NCBI GenBank assembly: GCA_964035545.1
Contig: OZ037768.1
Location: 3,380,741-3,444,740, forward strand
Source: Bugula neritina
Lineage: Eukaryota > Animalia > Bryozoa
DNA length: 64,000 bases
Reading direction: 5' to 3'
Made by a program: the position numbers and the translations under genes. The notes under the pieces were generated by a model that was not told the DNA's origin, did no database searches, and saw nothing but the letters and a program-made list of their open reading frames with translations. Every line of letters starts with the position of its first letter. The stretch's first letter is position 1. This document shows positions 35,041-48,588 of the stretch, in pieces.

Positions 35041-36112
35041 ATGTTCTGGATAGGAGTTTTATTTATAATAAACATGAACATATGTGTTCACAATTCATAT
35101 ACTAATTATAGTAACTTTACTGTAACCATGGATCTTAGAAATGACTCAAAAACGACTGTTACTAACTCAAAAGCAGAAAAACAAGGGAAGAATGAGAAAG
35201 ACATGTATTACTTTCAACATCAGCTTTTTGGAAACTGTATGTATTAGTATATTCGAGGATTTTGTATGTTATATCACAGGAAATAAAAGAAGTAAATTGT
35301 AGCATACAGCTACTACTGTGACACATTGCATGTATCTTAGAAAAACATTATACTATAATAATCTGGCACAAAATATATCCGTGCAATTAGTTGAAAACAG
35401 GATTAGGCTAAGAGTTAAATTAATTTATAATTTTGGGAAATCATACTATATACTGTAACATCTCAATCTTTGAGTTTAGTTAAATTCTTATTAGTTTACT
35501 AGTTGCTTGTTATAAGATCTTTTATGACATAATGACTGATTGATTCTAGTACCAAAGAGTGCTATCATATTCCTCATGGTCAGTGCTTGTGTGGCCGTTC
35601 TAGCTATACTAGTGTTGATGTATCTGTATGAAGCAGCCTGCTTCAAAGTCTTTCATGCCAAAACCTGCATTGATGTCCAACATTCTGCGACTAATCGTAA
35701 GAAATTAATGTATTACTACTACTATATATACATTATTTCTGTGTGTGCGTGTGTGTGCGTGTGCAATTATTTGTTAAAATAAGAAAAATAAAAATAAAGT
35801 AGTAATTTCTGTATGTTTTATTACCTACAGATATCGTGAGTTGTACAACCTATAGATATACTAAGTTTTGTCATTGGTTAATGTTAATGAACAGGTGCCA
35901 ATCGCAAAACAAAAAAAAGAAGCCTGATGAAGCGATTGGGTCAAACTCCATCACTCAAACCACCAGCTAATGATATTGAAAATGTTGCCAATGTATGGAA
36001 GACACAAAATTATACAGTGACAGGTGAAGAATCTCCCAAGAGAAGGCAAAATAAAAAACAAAAGAAAAAGAAAAAAGCAAAACCTTCAGAAAATATGTTT
36101 GATATGTCTTGA
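35041..36112 (+). CDS. Orphan predicted type I single-pass membrane protein, about 186 aa
   Basis: Exons 35041-35236, 35550-35696 and 35895-36112 join in phase 1. Hydrophobic N-terminus MFWIGVLFIINMNICV, sequons NYS/NFT/NDS, TM-like AIIFLMVSACVAVLAILVLMYLY, basic tail PKRRQNKKQKKKKK. Confidence 0.65.
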
Positions 36113-38078
36113 ACGCTTTATAAGTTAAAAACTTGACTTATTTTCACAGTTTAGCTCTTGATAAATATGAAACAGAGCTGTTAATTAGTTTTCTTTCATA
36201 GTTTCTGTAAATATTTCTAAATTTTGAGTAAAAAATATGATTTTATACATATAAAGATATTTTTCCAGAATGTTCACAGCCACGAGCTCTTAAAAATGCA
36301 CACCTTTTAGCTGAAACCAAACACAATACAATATAATATTATGTAGCTCTGTTCTAATTAAAAGTGATGATAAATAATAGCAGTATAGCAAAGTTATACC
36401 AAATTTATATATAGCTTCTGCAATCACACAAGCTTATTAGAAGTTTCTGGTAGGTTTCACAATATAATATTTGCAGTTCTGGTCTTTAGTATTAGCAAGC
36501 AAATAGCAGCTGCAAATTTAGCCTACTTGCCAAATCTTTCATATAAATTTTGCAAATAGCTCTGCAATAATTCTAATGGTGAACAATTGTCACATATATT
36601 TGCAAATAAAATTATGTGAAGCCTAAATCAACTGCTAATGCAGATTTTAAGGAGTTGTCTTGTTATTGAATAAGCAACAGCTTATAGCCTTATAATATTA
36701 TGCTTGTTCTAAACCCAACACATTTGGGAACATCCTATAATAATGGATACATAAGCTTCTAATTAACATTAACATTGACCAATTCAAATATCTCTAGAGA
36801 AGTGTTTTGCACTCTCTGAACTCACTGAATTCATCTTTTGAATTCATCAATTTACCTTTGACTAAAATAATATTATTAGGTATATAAATAGGAGCTATTT
36901 TTTTCCCATATATTTCTAGCAAGAGTATATAGATTGTATATAGCTCCTAATTTCAAGTTCAATAGTTAGTTCTCAGCTATTTTTTTTATTAAACTGTTCA
37001 CTGAAATGCAATAAATAAAAGGTATTATAATTATGTTAAATACGATTTCAGTAGATAGAGCTATCATCACCGGATTGAAATACGTAAAATTGTATTCAAA
37101 GGGTTAAAGTTCACACTGAATTCATTATATTATTCCAATACGCTGGCAATAATTGGCTGGAGGAAATTAACCTTAGATCTGAATGTGCTTGTCATAGCGA
37201 TTCCATGTACACTAATAACCGTCACGGTCATGAATACACTGTTTTTATTTATTATTACCAACAATATTTTTACTTACGAAAAAACTGATATTTACTATTA
37301 TTTATTTTTGATAACATTTAGTCATTTGTTGTTGATTATGATATTGAAACTGAAAATACACGCGGCCTCGTACTCGTATCACTATCACTGTATCAGACTC
37401 AGTAGAAATACTACTAGACGAAGACTCAGACTGAGTTGCACTTGACTCTTGGAAATTGTGTGTGTAGACTCAGACTGTAGACTTAGAGTAACACCATGAC
37501 TATCACATTCACTATCAGCATGACTGATGCCTATTACAGTAACTATGACTGTGATACTCACTATGAGTATGATATTCATATTCATATTGAGAGATAAGTC
37601 ATAATTCTACTGTTGGCGTTGGTCACTACCGACACCGCCTTTATACTTTATAATTATGCAGTATGATTACTATTAGTAATAGTAATCATAATGAATGTAT
37701 TCTTGCATCAATATGTTTTAAAAATGTTTACCACAATATTTAACATAAGGCACCATATTAAACGCGGGTCTAGAAATTCCTTTTAGTTTTACTAGTGCAG
37801 TTTAAGTTCAACTTAACTGGACAGCACTAAGTAACATGTTTCCACTTTGATTGCATTTGCTGCCACACTGTAAGTAACTCAGTAAGTAAAATACATGCTC
37901 ACGTTGTTGCAGCTGTGAAACTCCACTATGCTGTCTTATTTCTCCAATATCTTGACTTTTTGATTTTCTTGCAGACTATTGCACACAATTCAACTCCCTG
38001 ACGTCCAAAAGTTGCTGATCCTCGGTCTATGTTGCAGCTATTTCAATTCAGTCACTTTCAACTAACATCTCTAATGGG

Positions 38079-40851
38079 ATGTCTCACATTAGAAGTAAAA
38101 GAGCAGCGAAGAAGGTTCAAGATTTAGGTAAAATTCTTCTAAAAGAAGAAATCTCAGCACGATATAAACAGGTTAGGGCATTACATCTCATTTTTCATCT
38201 AACCTGAGGTTCTAATATGAAAGCCAAAGTTTTTCAATACTATTGTATAATTCTTGACTAACTTTTACTCCAATATAATTTATGTTATGCATCTTTGAAG
38301 AAATTTGGTTACATTTAATTTCTAGATATCCCAGATTTTAAAAATTCCTTCAGAGCTACACACAGATGAACAGAAGCACATTTTGGAATTCTCTCCAGAA
38401 ATCGTCAAGAAGTGTCAACAGAATGAAGTCAAACGATCTCTGCACAAGTCCAGGTTAGAGGAGGTGAGTTGAAATGCCGAGTATACTATTCCATAGCTTC
38501 ATGCAGCTGTAGCGGGTGAGTAACTCTTGTAGAAAGATAAATAGCACTTTCATAGATATGTTTTATGAAATTTTACAGTTACCAGACAGTGCAGCCAGCC
38601 TGGAAGAGAAATGCTTGAAGCTAGCAGCCGCAATACAGAGAGCTGAACATCTGGTGGTGTATACAGGAGCAGGCATCTCTACTGCAGCTGAAATACCCGA
38701 CTATCGAGGACCAAATGGTGTGTGGACTTTGAAAGATAAAGGAATCTCAGTAAAGTATGTGGCATGTGTGCTGCTGAAAATTGAATTAGGTCAAGATATA
38801 ATTAAGCATTTGTAAGATTTGTAATGGTGTGATAAGTCACACTTGTACCATTTGCCGTGCAGGGCATCATAGGTGCATAAAATGCCATTCTGAATATCTA
38901 ATGCATAAGTTTTTATGTTGTAGAGCCAAAAGTTTGTGCGATGCCAATCCTACTTTTACTCACATGGCACTTGCTAGCTTGGTGCGACTAGGCCTGGTAC
39001 GTTAGTGCTGTATTGTCTCTTTACTGTGGCAATGTACGTCACAGTTATACTTGAATAGTTGTGCAGTTTACAAAACAGATGCTATACTTGTGAGGTCTCT
39101 AAGTCAACCAGTTGAAGTTGTAAAAGTTTGATTGTGATTTTTAGATAAAGCATATTGTATCACAGAATTGTGATGGGTTACATGTGCGTAGCGGAATAGA
39201 TAGGAGGAAGCTTTCAGAGATACATGGAAATATGTATATTGAGGTAAGTAACCACTGCTTTCTGTTCTGTATGACACTTACTCTTTAAACTCAACACATA
39301 TAAGCATTAAGGGATTATTAAATTTTCTTTAGATTGCTTTCTCTTTTTCTGTTGTTAGACGTGCACACAGTGTAAAGATAAACGTGAGTATTTACGGCTC
39401 TTTGACACAACGGAGCACACCGGTATTAGAAGGCACGAAACAGGAAGAAAATGTCACCGATGCTTTTCTAATCTCAAAGACTCCATAATTCATTTTGGAG
39501 AAAAGGTGCATGTTTAGAATGTACATGATACATAAATTATATAAGATGTAATTACATTTAATTTTTAATCCGTTTCAATTAAATCTGTTTGATGAGTCGT
39601 ATAGATACACTCTCCAACTTGAGCAGATGCTTTTCAATGTATGTAAATTAGCTGTGACATGACACTAATTCAGTCAAGTATAATACATATTTGGCTGGTG
39701 CTATGCCATTGTATCACTCATTCTACACTGCCTGTTACCTTGATGTGTCTGCACCAGGGCCCTATGGGATCTCCTTATTGTTGGGAAGAAGCAAGGGCTG
39801 CTGCCGAGTCAGCAGACATGATCCTCTGTCTCGGCACAAGTCTGAAGATTCTCAAGAAATATCCGTGTCTATGGTGTATGGGCAGACAGAAGAGAAACCG
39901 TCCTTCGCTGTATATAGTAAATCTTCAATGGACGCCTAAAGATCTTGCATGTCAGCTTAAGATTAATGGTAATGCAATGACAATGATTATTATATTGTTG
40001 TTTTCATTCTGTTTGTCTTCTATAAGTATCACCCATAAGTGCAACATTTTATACGCAGAACAATTCACTGTAATCTTGTACTGTTTGAGTATTATTTTTT
40101 CCAAGTTGTATATTTCTGTAAACCAAGTATATGTTTTGTTGGCTAGCCATGTTTATTTAAAAGGAATTGTAAACTCGGAAAATATATGCAATTATTTTTC
40201 TCAGTTTATATAATATATACAACTGCTATGTAAATTTTGCAGGTAACTGTGACTTTGTTATAAGGCGCCTGACACAGATACTGAATATTTCTGTTCCACC
40301 ATACCAAAGGTATCGAGTTCAATGATCTAAAATTTAATAATCTATAAAGGTGTTGGAATCAAAATTTTTCAGCCAACTAGGCAATTTCAGAGCAATGTTT
40401 ACTATTGTTTCAATTTATTTTAATTCTTGAGCTTGAGAATTGACCTGCATACAACTTATCTAGTGTGTGTAATCAGTTTTACATCTTGTTAAACTCTATT
40501 ATACAGATATTATGACCCGCTATTCTTTCTACACTCTCCGTTATTATCTGATGAATGCCATGCAAATCGTCTGAAGATGTTACACAGAGGCCAGCTTATA
40601 ACTGACCATAACTATGCCCTTCTAGACAATGTTGATGACAATCCAGAAGAAATACCTCAAATTCCAAATGATACAGAAGTATGCTGATTTTTTATTATAT
40701 CAATAAGTTAGTTTATAGTCTGTAATATTTTATTACAAATAATTACTATGCCTATTTTATTGTTTAGGGAAATTCACCCTCGCCCGGTTGGTACGGAGTT
40801 GGGCTGAGAAGTGCAAGAATGAAAAGAAAAGGAAAAAGGTTTCTTTCCTGA
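38079..40851 (+). CDS. SIRT7: NAD-dependent deacylase sirtuin-7, 10 exons
   Basis: Exons 38079-38171, 38326-38463, 38579-38754, 38924-38996, 39145-39243, 39359-39505, 39758-39968, 40243-40309, 40507-40678, 40768-40851. Motifs [37 protein letters not shown], two CxxC pairs, SIRT7-type [28 protein letters not shown] and C-terminal PGWYG..KRK. Confidence 0.95.
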
Positions 40852-41143
40852 CAGTCGTATATTTAAAGTATTTGTAATATGTCGTCACATTAGGGTGGAC
40901 AGGTAAAATCTTCACCTGTGAACATCTGCCTTCTCAACTGAAAGCTGATTAACTTAGAGACATTTCTGAGTGTTTTTCTATGTTTAGATATTTGATATTG
41001 CTAGTCATTTTCTAGTAGGACTGTTAAGTCTAGTAGAATAGTCTTAGTCCTAGTGTAAGATCTGGTGCTGACAGTTATAACTTCCTTATCTTCCTGCTTT
41101 GTACTAAAATATGTTGCATAATGGCATCATTTCAGTCATCACT

Positions 41144-42985
41144 TCATTTGGGCAAATAGTCCTAAAAAGTAATAAATAAAAATAGCGATTTTTTAAATAA
41201 ATTCTTAACTTTACATTTTCCTTATTGATTGATATATATAGTTGCTAGAATTAGTAAATACCTCTACAAAGACTGTAGCAAGATTCTTCACCCTTCGGTC
41301 AAGTGAGGACATCAGTTCTACCATTCGTTGTCGTATTGTCACAGCCGTTATTTCTAGAAATATAATAAGAATTGGTAAACCAAAATGAAATTCGATTTCA
41401 ACAAAGGATTTCTATACTTTTGTATCTTGGTTATTTTTTAAAATAATATAATCCTAACCTTGTCGGCTCTCATTGTTAATCAAATACATGAGAGATGTGA
41501 TAGCTTGAATAATCATTTGGGGGTCATCCCTACAAACATAAGTATTTACAATTTAGTGTCGCCTTTCCTTGATCTCGGCAAGTAAAAACAAAATGATTCC
41601 AACTGTAGTAAAAGCTAATTCATCTGTCACAGTAGCTAATTGATTCAAGACTGCTAATGCTTTCGTTGTTTAAAAATCTACTTGTATATAATTATATTTA
41701 ATTACAATTTATCTAATTATTGGGATTTATGTTACCTTTTAGAGGCAACTGAATTAATATAATAACGTACCAAAACAAATATTGTGTAACTGCCTTGACA
41801 CAACCATTGGAGATGTAAAAGGACTTCATTCTTTTATCTAAACAAAGATTAATATTGTTGATAATTTACATATAGCAGGAAGTGATATAACTTAAACACG
41901 AGTTAATTGAGCAACACAAATGCTGACATTTTTCGTTCAACTAATAATAAAATTACTAACGCCCGTATTATGTTTGATGATATAGTATTTGATGCTGTGA
42001 ACAAACAGTAGTAACATATTTAATAGAACTAAATAAGTTTCTCACCTTTCAATTTTTGTTAGATATTAAAGTTAAACCTACTACCAAAGGTTGCCACATG
42101 TCACAAAATATCTTTAAATTATTAATGACAAAAATATGCAACAACACATGCACCAAGAGAGTACCAGAAATTATTAAAACATACCTACCCAAACATGAGT
42201 TACAGACGCCGGTCAAAGCATACAATCTCAAACATGGGTCTTTATCTTTCTCATCAACCAAGCAATCTAAAACATACAAATAATTTGCTATTTCTAAAAG
42301 AAATCGAGTCTAACATATCAGCTAATTTTATCAGAAATAATGAACACTACTTACCGATAAATATATCTGGTATATTGAGTTGAAGGAAGTAATCGTAGTT
42401 AATGGGATCATAGGCAAAATTGGCTAGATTAGCCAATATTTCTCTTTTGGAACCTTTTAACAAAATATCATCAATTAAAATACAGTGGCAAAAATGGGAC
42501 ATAAGCCAGGATATGAAAACTAGTTTTTACTTCAAAAAATGGGAAGTTATTAACAGCAGAGTATAAGTGTGATATAATTCTACTAGAGTCTACGTACTTA
42601 CAGCACAAAAAACTGCTGCAGCAAACAAAATCATGTAAACACAGAAATAAACATATTTTGTTAAAAATTGTAGTGAAAGACAGTTTTAAACAAAGCTTAA
42701 AATGTTAGATTAACTACAATTTTAAACCATCTAGTCATTTTTTAGCCCTTATATTTTTGTCCTGATAGTTACATGCTAAATGATTGCTTTGTGCACACAC
42801 ACACACGCACACACACACTATTTAAAATTGGCAGCAAGCTATTCAAGTGAACTAGTTTACAACGTTAATTTCTTACTAGAATGTTCAGTGGTTTGAAACT
42901 CTTCTATGAGTGACTGCAGATAGTTGAACCTGCCAATACCACATGCTCCTGTTCTTTTGATGAGGTGTTGCTTTGTTGAAAACAT
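41144..42985 (-). CDS. ARMC7: Armadillo repeat-containing protein 7, 7 exons, 177 aa
   Basis: Exons (-): 42985-42877, 42453-42355, 42266-42189, 41837-41771, 41529-41459, 41353-41262, 41161-41144. Protein: MFSTKQHLIKRTG..GRFNYLQSLIEEFQ..KREILANLANFAYDPINYDY..LTGVCNSCLD..AITSLMYL..RVKNLATVFVEDYLPK*. LANLANFAYDP is the ARMC7 signature. Confidence 0.92.
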
Positions 42986-43139
42986 TATGCAGCTAACCAC
43001 CTAATGTTTCATCTGTGACTTTGACATACACTCAGTGATACACAGATATAAATACATTTCAGCATGCGAATCTTGAGCACAATCAACTACAATTTCAAAT
43101 TTATCCCAATAGAGAAATTGACTCGAATTTTAAGTTAAA

Positions 43140-43600
43140 AAACCGACCTAACAGTAACAGAAATAGTATTAGTAACTGTAATAGTAATACTAATGCTAAT
43201 AGTAATCCGCGACAATTTTCAAGAATTAGATTACTAAATGATTGTGTAGTACTGATATTATAGTAGTACTATTAGTACTAGAACTAGTTCTAGTACTACT
43301 ACTACTACTACTAGTAGAACTAGACGTAGTAAGCTAGTACCGTAGCATAACTTTAACTATAAGATTAAGTATAAGTATTACGTCTACAGTACTACTAGTA
43401 GTACTGTAGACGTACCGGTACTCTGTACTACTACTACTGCTACTACTACTGTACTACTAGAAGTAGTACTACTACTACTACTAGTGCTACTGCTACTAGT
43501 AGTAGCAGTAGGCGTAGCAGTAGACGTAGTAGTACTAGTAGTAGCACTAGCAGTAGACGTAGTAATGTGAAGTATCACGGCAGCATTACTATCACTATGA
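43140..43600. repeat. (ACT/AGT)n low-complexity tract
   Basis: Runs of actactact and agtagtagc upstream of the ARMC7 ATG. Confidence 0.85.
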
Positions 43601-45313
43601 CACTATATTAGTATATACAGCATACTATAATTATAAGTATTGACTTACTAATATAATTATGAAAATATCAAGGATTAATTAAATTAACAAAAAGTCACTC
43701 AGTGAATCACAGTAAAACTAACAGTGTGTGAAATTTTTCAGTTGTGAATTGAAGTACTCTGTCTTTGACCTTGACCTTGGTCTTGGACTTCCAGTTTAAA
43801 ATTAAATCATTGTTGACTCTCACTGAATTTTTGTAGTTGATTGTTTACTCTCGTTTACTTGAATTAAATATTATGGCCATAAATTTTATATACTATAATA
43901 TAATATCTAATATCAATCTTCATTACAGATAGTTCTATGAGTGCATGATTAATACTTTTTCTAAGGGAGATAATTCCATAAAATTAACTGGCACAACAAA
44001 ACGTGAAAAAAATGTGCGCGTGGTTATAGCGAGACGTTATTTTTCAATTTGAGATTTCATTGTTCAGTTATAAATTTGAAATTTATTTAATAATAATAAA
44101 TTAGTTAGTATTTACTATTAGTATTACTGTTAGTTTTAGTATAAATATTACTTTAACTTTTAGTTTTGTCCTTCAAATTCAAATTGATATTGACAATGAT
44201 TGAATTATATTTATAATTTTAAATTACATTATGATCATCATTATTATATTTATTATAAATAAATATTAATATTATAAATTAATATTAATAATAATTATAA
44301 TGATAATTATTGTAATTGTATTTATTTTTGACTTATTTTATGAAGATATGAAATTGAGCTTCAAATTAAATTATTTAATATGAATATCATAATCATTTGA
44401 TTTAATGATGATAATCATAATGATAATGATATTCACATTGATATTCATATTCAGTGATATTGATATTAAATAATTTAATTTTCAGTGATAATCTAAATCA
44501 ATATCATTCAGTACCAATATTAATATATATCATATATGTGTTGAATTCATCAATTGTTGATTAATTTTTAATAAGCTTCGAATACTCAACAACAATAGGC
44601 GAATAATAATATTAATACTAATACTAATAGTAATACTAATACTAATAGTATTACTATTACTAACACTAATAGTGATAGTAATAGAAATGTAATACTAATA
44701 GTAATAGTAATAGTGCTCTAATAGTAATAGTAATATTTATTAATTATTATCATTTTGCATAATTCAGTAGCCTAACTACTACTAGAAAATTTAAAAGTAA
44801 AATATTACTAGTAACAATACTTCTTATAGTTATACTTATACTAGTAGTAATACTAGTACTAACAGTAGTAATAGTATAGTAGTAATACTAATAGCATTAG
44901 TAATGGTATTACTCTATTAGTAATAAAACTCACGCAAGTTTATAAATATTCTTATACCTAAAGTAGTTATAGTCACTATCCCTGTGAGAAACCTTTGATA
45001 GAAAGGGTTTTTTTAAAGTTGAGCAAGCCTAAGGACTTGTAGTTATTCATGTGTTGCGCAGAAGGCGCAGCAATTAATATTATAACTAGTGACTAAATGC
45101 TCTTAGTGTTACTAAATCTAATAGTAATAATAACTAAAGAAATGTTTTTCTCTTAGTTCAATTCGTCTTCAACTTCAATTTGCTAATATCACTATCAGTA
45201 ATATGAAAACTAATTACAGTTAAACGCTGCTTGTTTGGTTACTAGTACTATTGAGTTCAAGCTTCAAAGCTTTATTTTACATATAATTTATAGATATATT
45301 CAAGAGTCTTAGA

Positions 45314-47512
45314 ATGAATGACAGTTCTAGTGAGCCTAGTGCCAATGAAGGTCAAAACCAAAATGAAAACGAGACTCCAACCGACAATGACAATACTATA
45401 GTAGAGGTTGCTGAAGACGCTAGGTATGTATAGCTTTTGTGTCACTTGTTGCACTCTCTTTGCATAGTAATACTGTAGAACAGCTTTCAAGTTATGTGTA
45501 TTATGGTGAATAATTTAATAATACTCATAATGATGCATTGGATTTACTTATAAGATTTACTAGGCTTGTAGTTTCAAATTGTGTTAAAACTAGTTTAAGT
45601 TGTTAATGAGCCAAAGTTTATGTTTTGTTATTTCAGAAAACTATTTATTGGAGGTATCCCACCTCAAGCCAAACCTTCAGACCTGAAAGATTATTTTAGC
45701 AAATATGGAGAAGTACAGAAAGTTAACATTATAACAGATGTCTATTCTGGGCGTTCGAGGGGTTTTGCATTTTTAATATTTGCAAATCAAGATTCAGTAA
45801 ATCAGGTGTGACTCCATAAAGCCAAATGTTATCTTCATTCCACTCTGGTGAAGTTTGATCAAGATAGTTGTTGTCTTTTGGAAAAAAAAACTTAAATTTT
45901 GCTTTTCGAAAAGTTTGTACTAAATTGTTTTATTGTAGATGATACTGGGTGTTATTGTAGATGAACACTGATTCTTATTCTGCAGGTTTTAAATGACTCC
46001 AGTAGACACACCGTGGCCGGAAAGGAAGTAGAAGCGAAATTAGCAACTCCTCTTTCTTCAAACAATAAACAGTCGAATCCTAAGGTTTTCGTTGGTGGAA
46101 TTAATAAGACTGTCACCAAAGATGTTCTGTGTGAGATCTTTAACAAGCGTGGTAATGTAAGTGAGCTATTTTTCTCTGTAATAAAATATATATTTAGTCC
46201 TTGCTGCCATTCACATGTGTATTCACTGCAATCAGCCGGTTTTGTAGGTTACTGATGTATTCTTGCCTGTGGATGAAAATCAAGAAAATAAAGGCTATGC
46301 TTTCGTTACTTTTGATGACAGCGCTATTGCAGCCACTTTGTGTGAAGAAGGAAAGATAATGGTAGATGATAAAGAGGTAGTTAATCATACTTCAGCTTAC
46401 CACGAATTCACATGCATAGTGGGCAATAAACCTCAGTCAAACCTATGGTGACACTATTTACTTACTCATGAGTTTCTTGTTGTCAAGTTTGTGCTTGAAG
46501 CCTTTTAAGATATGGCTCGATTTATTATTAAGTTTTATAAAAGGACGATTCCTATATAATTAATTGGAAATTACATTCAAAGATTAACAAATATTTGCAT
46601 ATTCCTTACAGTAAGGAAAAGCTGTTGTTTAGTAAATTTGTAATGAGTGATGTAATGTTATTATACTTGAAGTAGTTGTACCAGTATGTTAGTAATAAAA
46701 TGTAAATCATTTTAAATTTGGCTTTCTTTGATCTAGAAACCTAGTTGTATTTTCAGTGTGATATTAAAAAGGCAAGAAGTAAATATGAATCACGTGGTGG
46801 AGGTAGAGGTGGCCGAGGAGGCTTCTATCGAGGTAAGCAGTCAATAATAGCATCCTTGACATTTATAAATATGTTCCTAATTTTGCCAAACTACTTGTGT
46901 TTTTATGAAATCTGGAAGGAAATTTGCACTAATGCATCTTAGTTAACACCCAATTCTGTTTTAGAATTTTGTCACTTCACTTGATATTTTATTAAGTGAT
47001 ATTATGTCTGATTTCTGCAATGATTGATGCTTTGGATCAACATGATGCTTATGTTGTTGCTGGATAACTATAAATAATTAATATTATCATGTATGAAAAT
47101 GAGCAATGTAGTTGTTTAAATTTCAAAAAATGAGTGGAACATTTTATGATAAGAATTGCCATAGGCATATGTTTGGCTAGAAACATAAAACTATTTCTTA
47201 TAGTCTGAGGTATACAAATTGTAGGCAGAAGTGGTGGCAGAGGAGGTTACGACCACTATGGTGCCGACTATAGATACGGCTATATTCCACATGATTTCAG
47301 TTATGGGAATGTATACACTGGTGGCTACACGGGTGGCTATGGAATCGACACCTCCGCCAGATACAATCGAGGTACATTAGACATTTAAGACAGACCTTAT
47401 GTCAATTTTCTTGTAAATCGGCTTTTAAACATACCTTTTTATATTTGTAGGCTATTACAGATCCGAAGGTGGTTACAATGGAAGTAGTGGCATGTACAAC
47501 CCTCATTCCTGA
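45314..47512 (+). CDS. hnRNP A/B/D (squid)-like 2xRRM + Gly/Tyr-rich protein, paralog A
   Basis: Exons 45314-45423, 45637-45805, 45986-46156, 46248-46376, 46757-46832, 47225-47371, 47451-47512. RNP2 LFIGGI and VFVGGI, RNP1 RGFAFLIF and KGYAFVTF, CDIKKA, RGG tail; ends MYNPHS*. Confidence 0.9.
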
Positions 47513-48469
47513 CTATAGACCACAGGCTTCCAAAGCTCCAGCATTATGCAACTTATCCTTGTCTTTGGTTTTTATCATCAGCAATCTTCTACTTTTATAA
47601 ATGCAGCTTGTATTTCTATTAATACATACACATTGTTAAAGTTTGAATGTATTTGTTGTGAGAAGTTATTTCATCATGTTGCATCAAACTCTTTTGAGTT
47701 CTATATACACACGGCTGTTTTTAGTACCCAATTAGTTTTCCCAAACTTTCTACTATTGTCAACTTCAGTTGCATTTTTTGTATAATAAACTGCATTCGAT
47801 TTGCAAGTAGATACGTGTAGGACTGTAGGCCATTTAGCTCACCCTCAATATTTGGTATTGTGACTATGAATAAAGTAAGGCTAAGAGAATGAGGTTGGTT
47901 TAAGTAATGTTACACCCAATCAAAAGTGTGGCAAGAAATTTCAAGTTGAAGTAAATTAATAAATTTATTGAGTTGATCTGAATAATTTGGTGCAATAATA
48001 GGAATACTAATTGTGAACTCAGTTGAACTATTCTGGCTGCAATTAACGCTTCTCAATAGCCTTATTGTAGTTAATTGTTATCACAACTTCAAATATTCTT
48101 CATTAGTTTTAATTGCAATAGTATATTAATTTCCGAACAATATTTTAATGGTTGCCATAAATTCTTCACCCTAAATTTAGCGATTAGGAACATAGACTTG
48201 AGAAAAATATTTAGCAAGTCCACGTGGGCAGGCTAGTTGAAACAATATAGCATGATGAGGGTTACTTTGCAAAGCCTATCCTATTATGAGGCGCACCTAT
48301 GTTATAGTGTAATTGATTAAGTGGGGCAGGCATGCTGACTAATATCTTCAAAAACACATTTAAACCATATATCTGCTAATTAGATAATGACGCAGCATAA
48401 CGTTTATAAATTCAGCTCTACAGTACGTGCGGGGGATAATTTGGCGTTTGGTCAAGAGTTATCTTGCCC

Positions 48470-48530
48470 TGCACCGTAAAACCACGTGATACGTCAGCCA
48501 TTTTCCTTTTTCTTCTGAACCGCGCAGAAA
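48470..48530 (+). promoter_or_regulatory. Probable core promoter of hnRNP paralog B
   Basis: E-box CACGTG, ACGTCA (CRE half-site) and YY1-like GCCATTTT followed by a pyrimidine run, about 90 nt upstream of the ATG. Confidence 0.45.
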
Positions 48531-48588
48531 ATTTTCCTCGTTTTCTTCCCTGGATTGATTTTTAAACGTTTAAACACCAAACAACAAT

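Noticed and set aside
37054-37106. AAAGGGTTAA resembling a TTAA-transposon end
   Set aside because: No matching left terminus was found.
43384-43578. Thr/Ser-rich mucin-like ORF
   Set aside because: Product of the ACT/AGT low-complexity tract, with no supporting exon structure.
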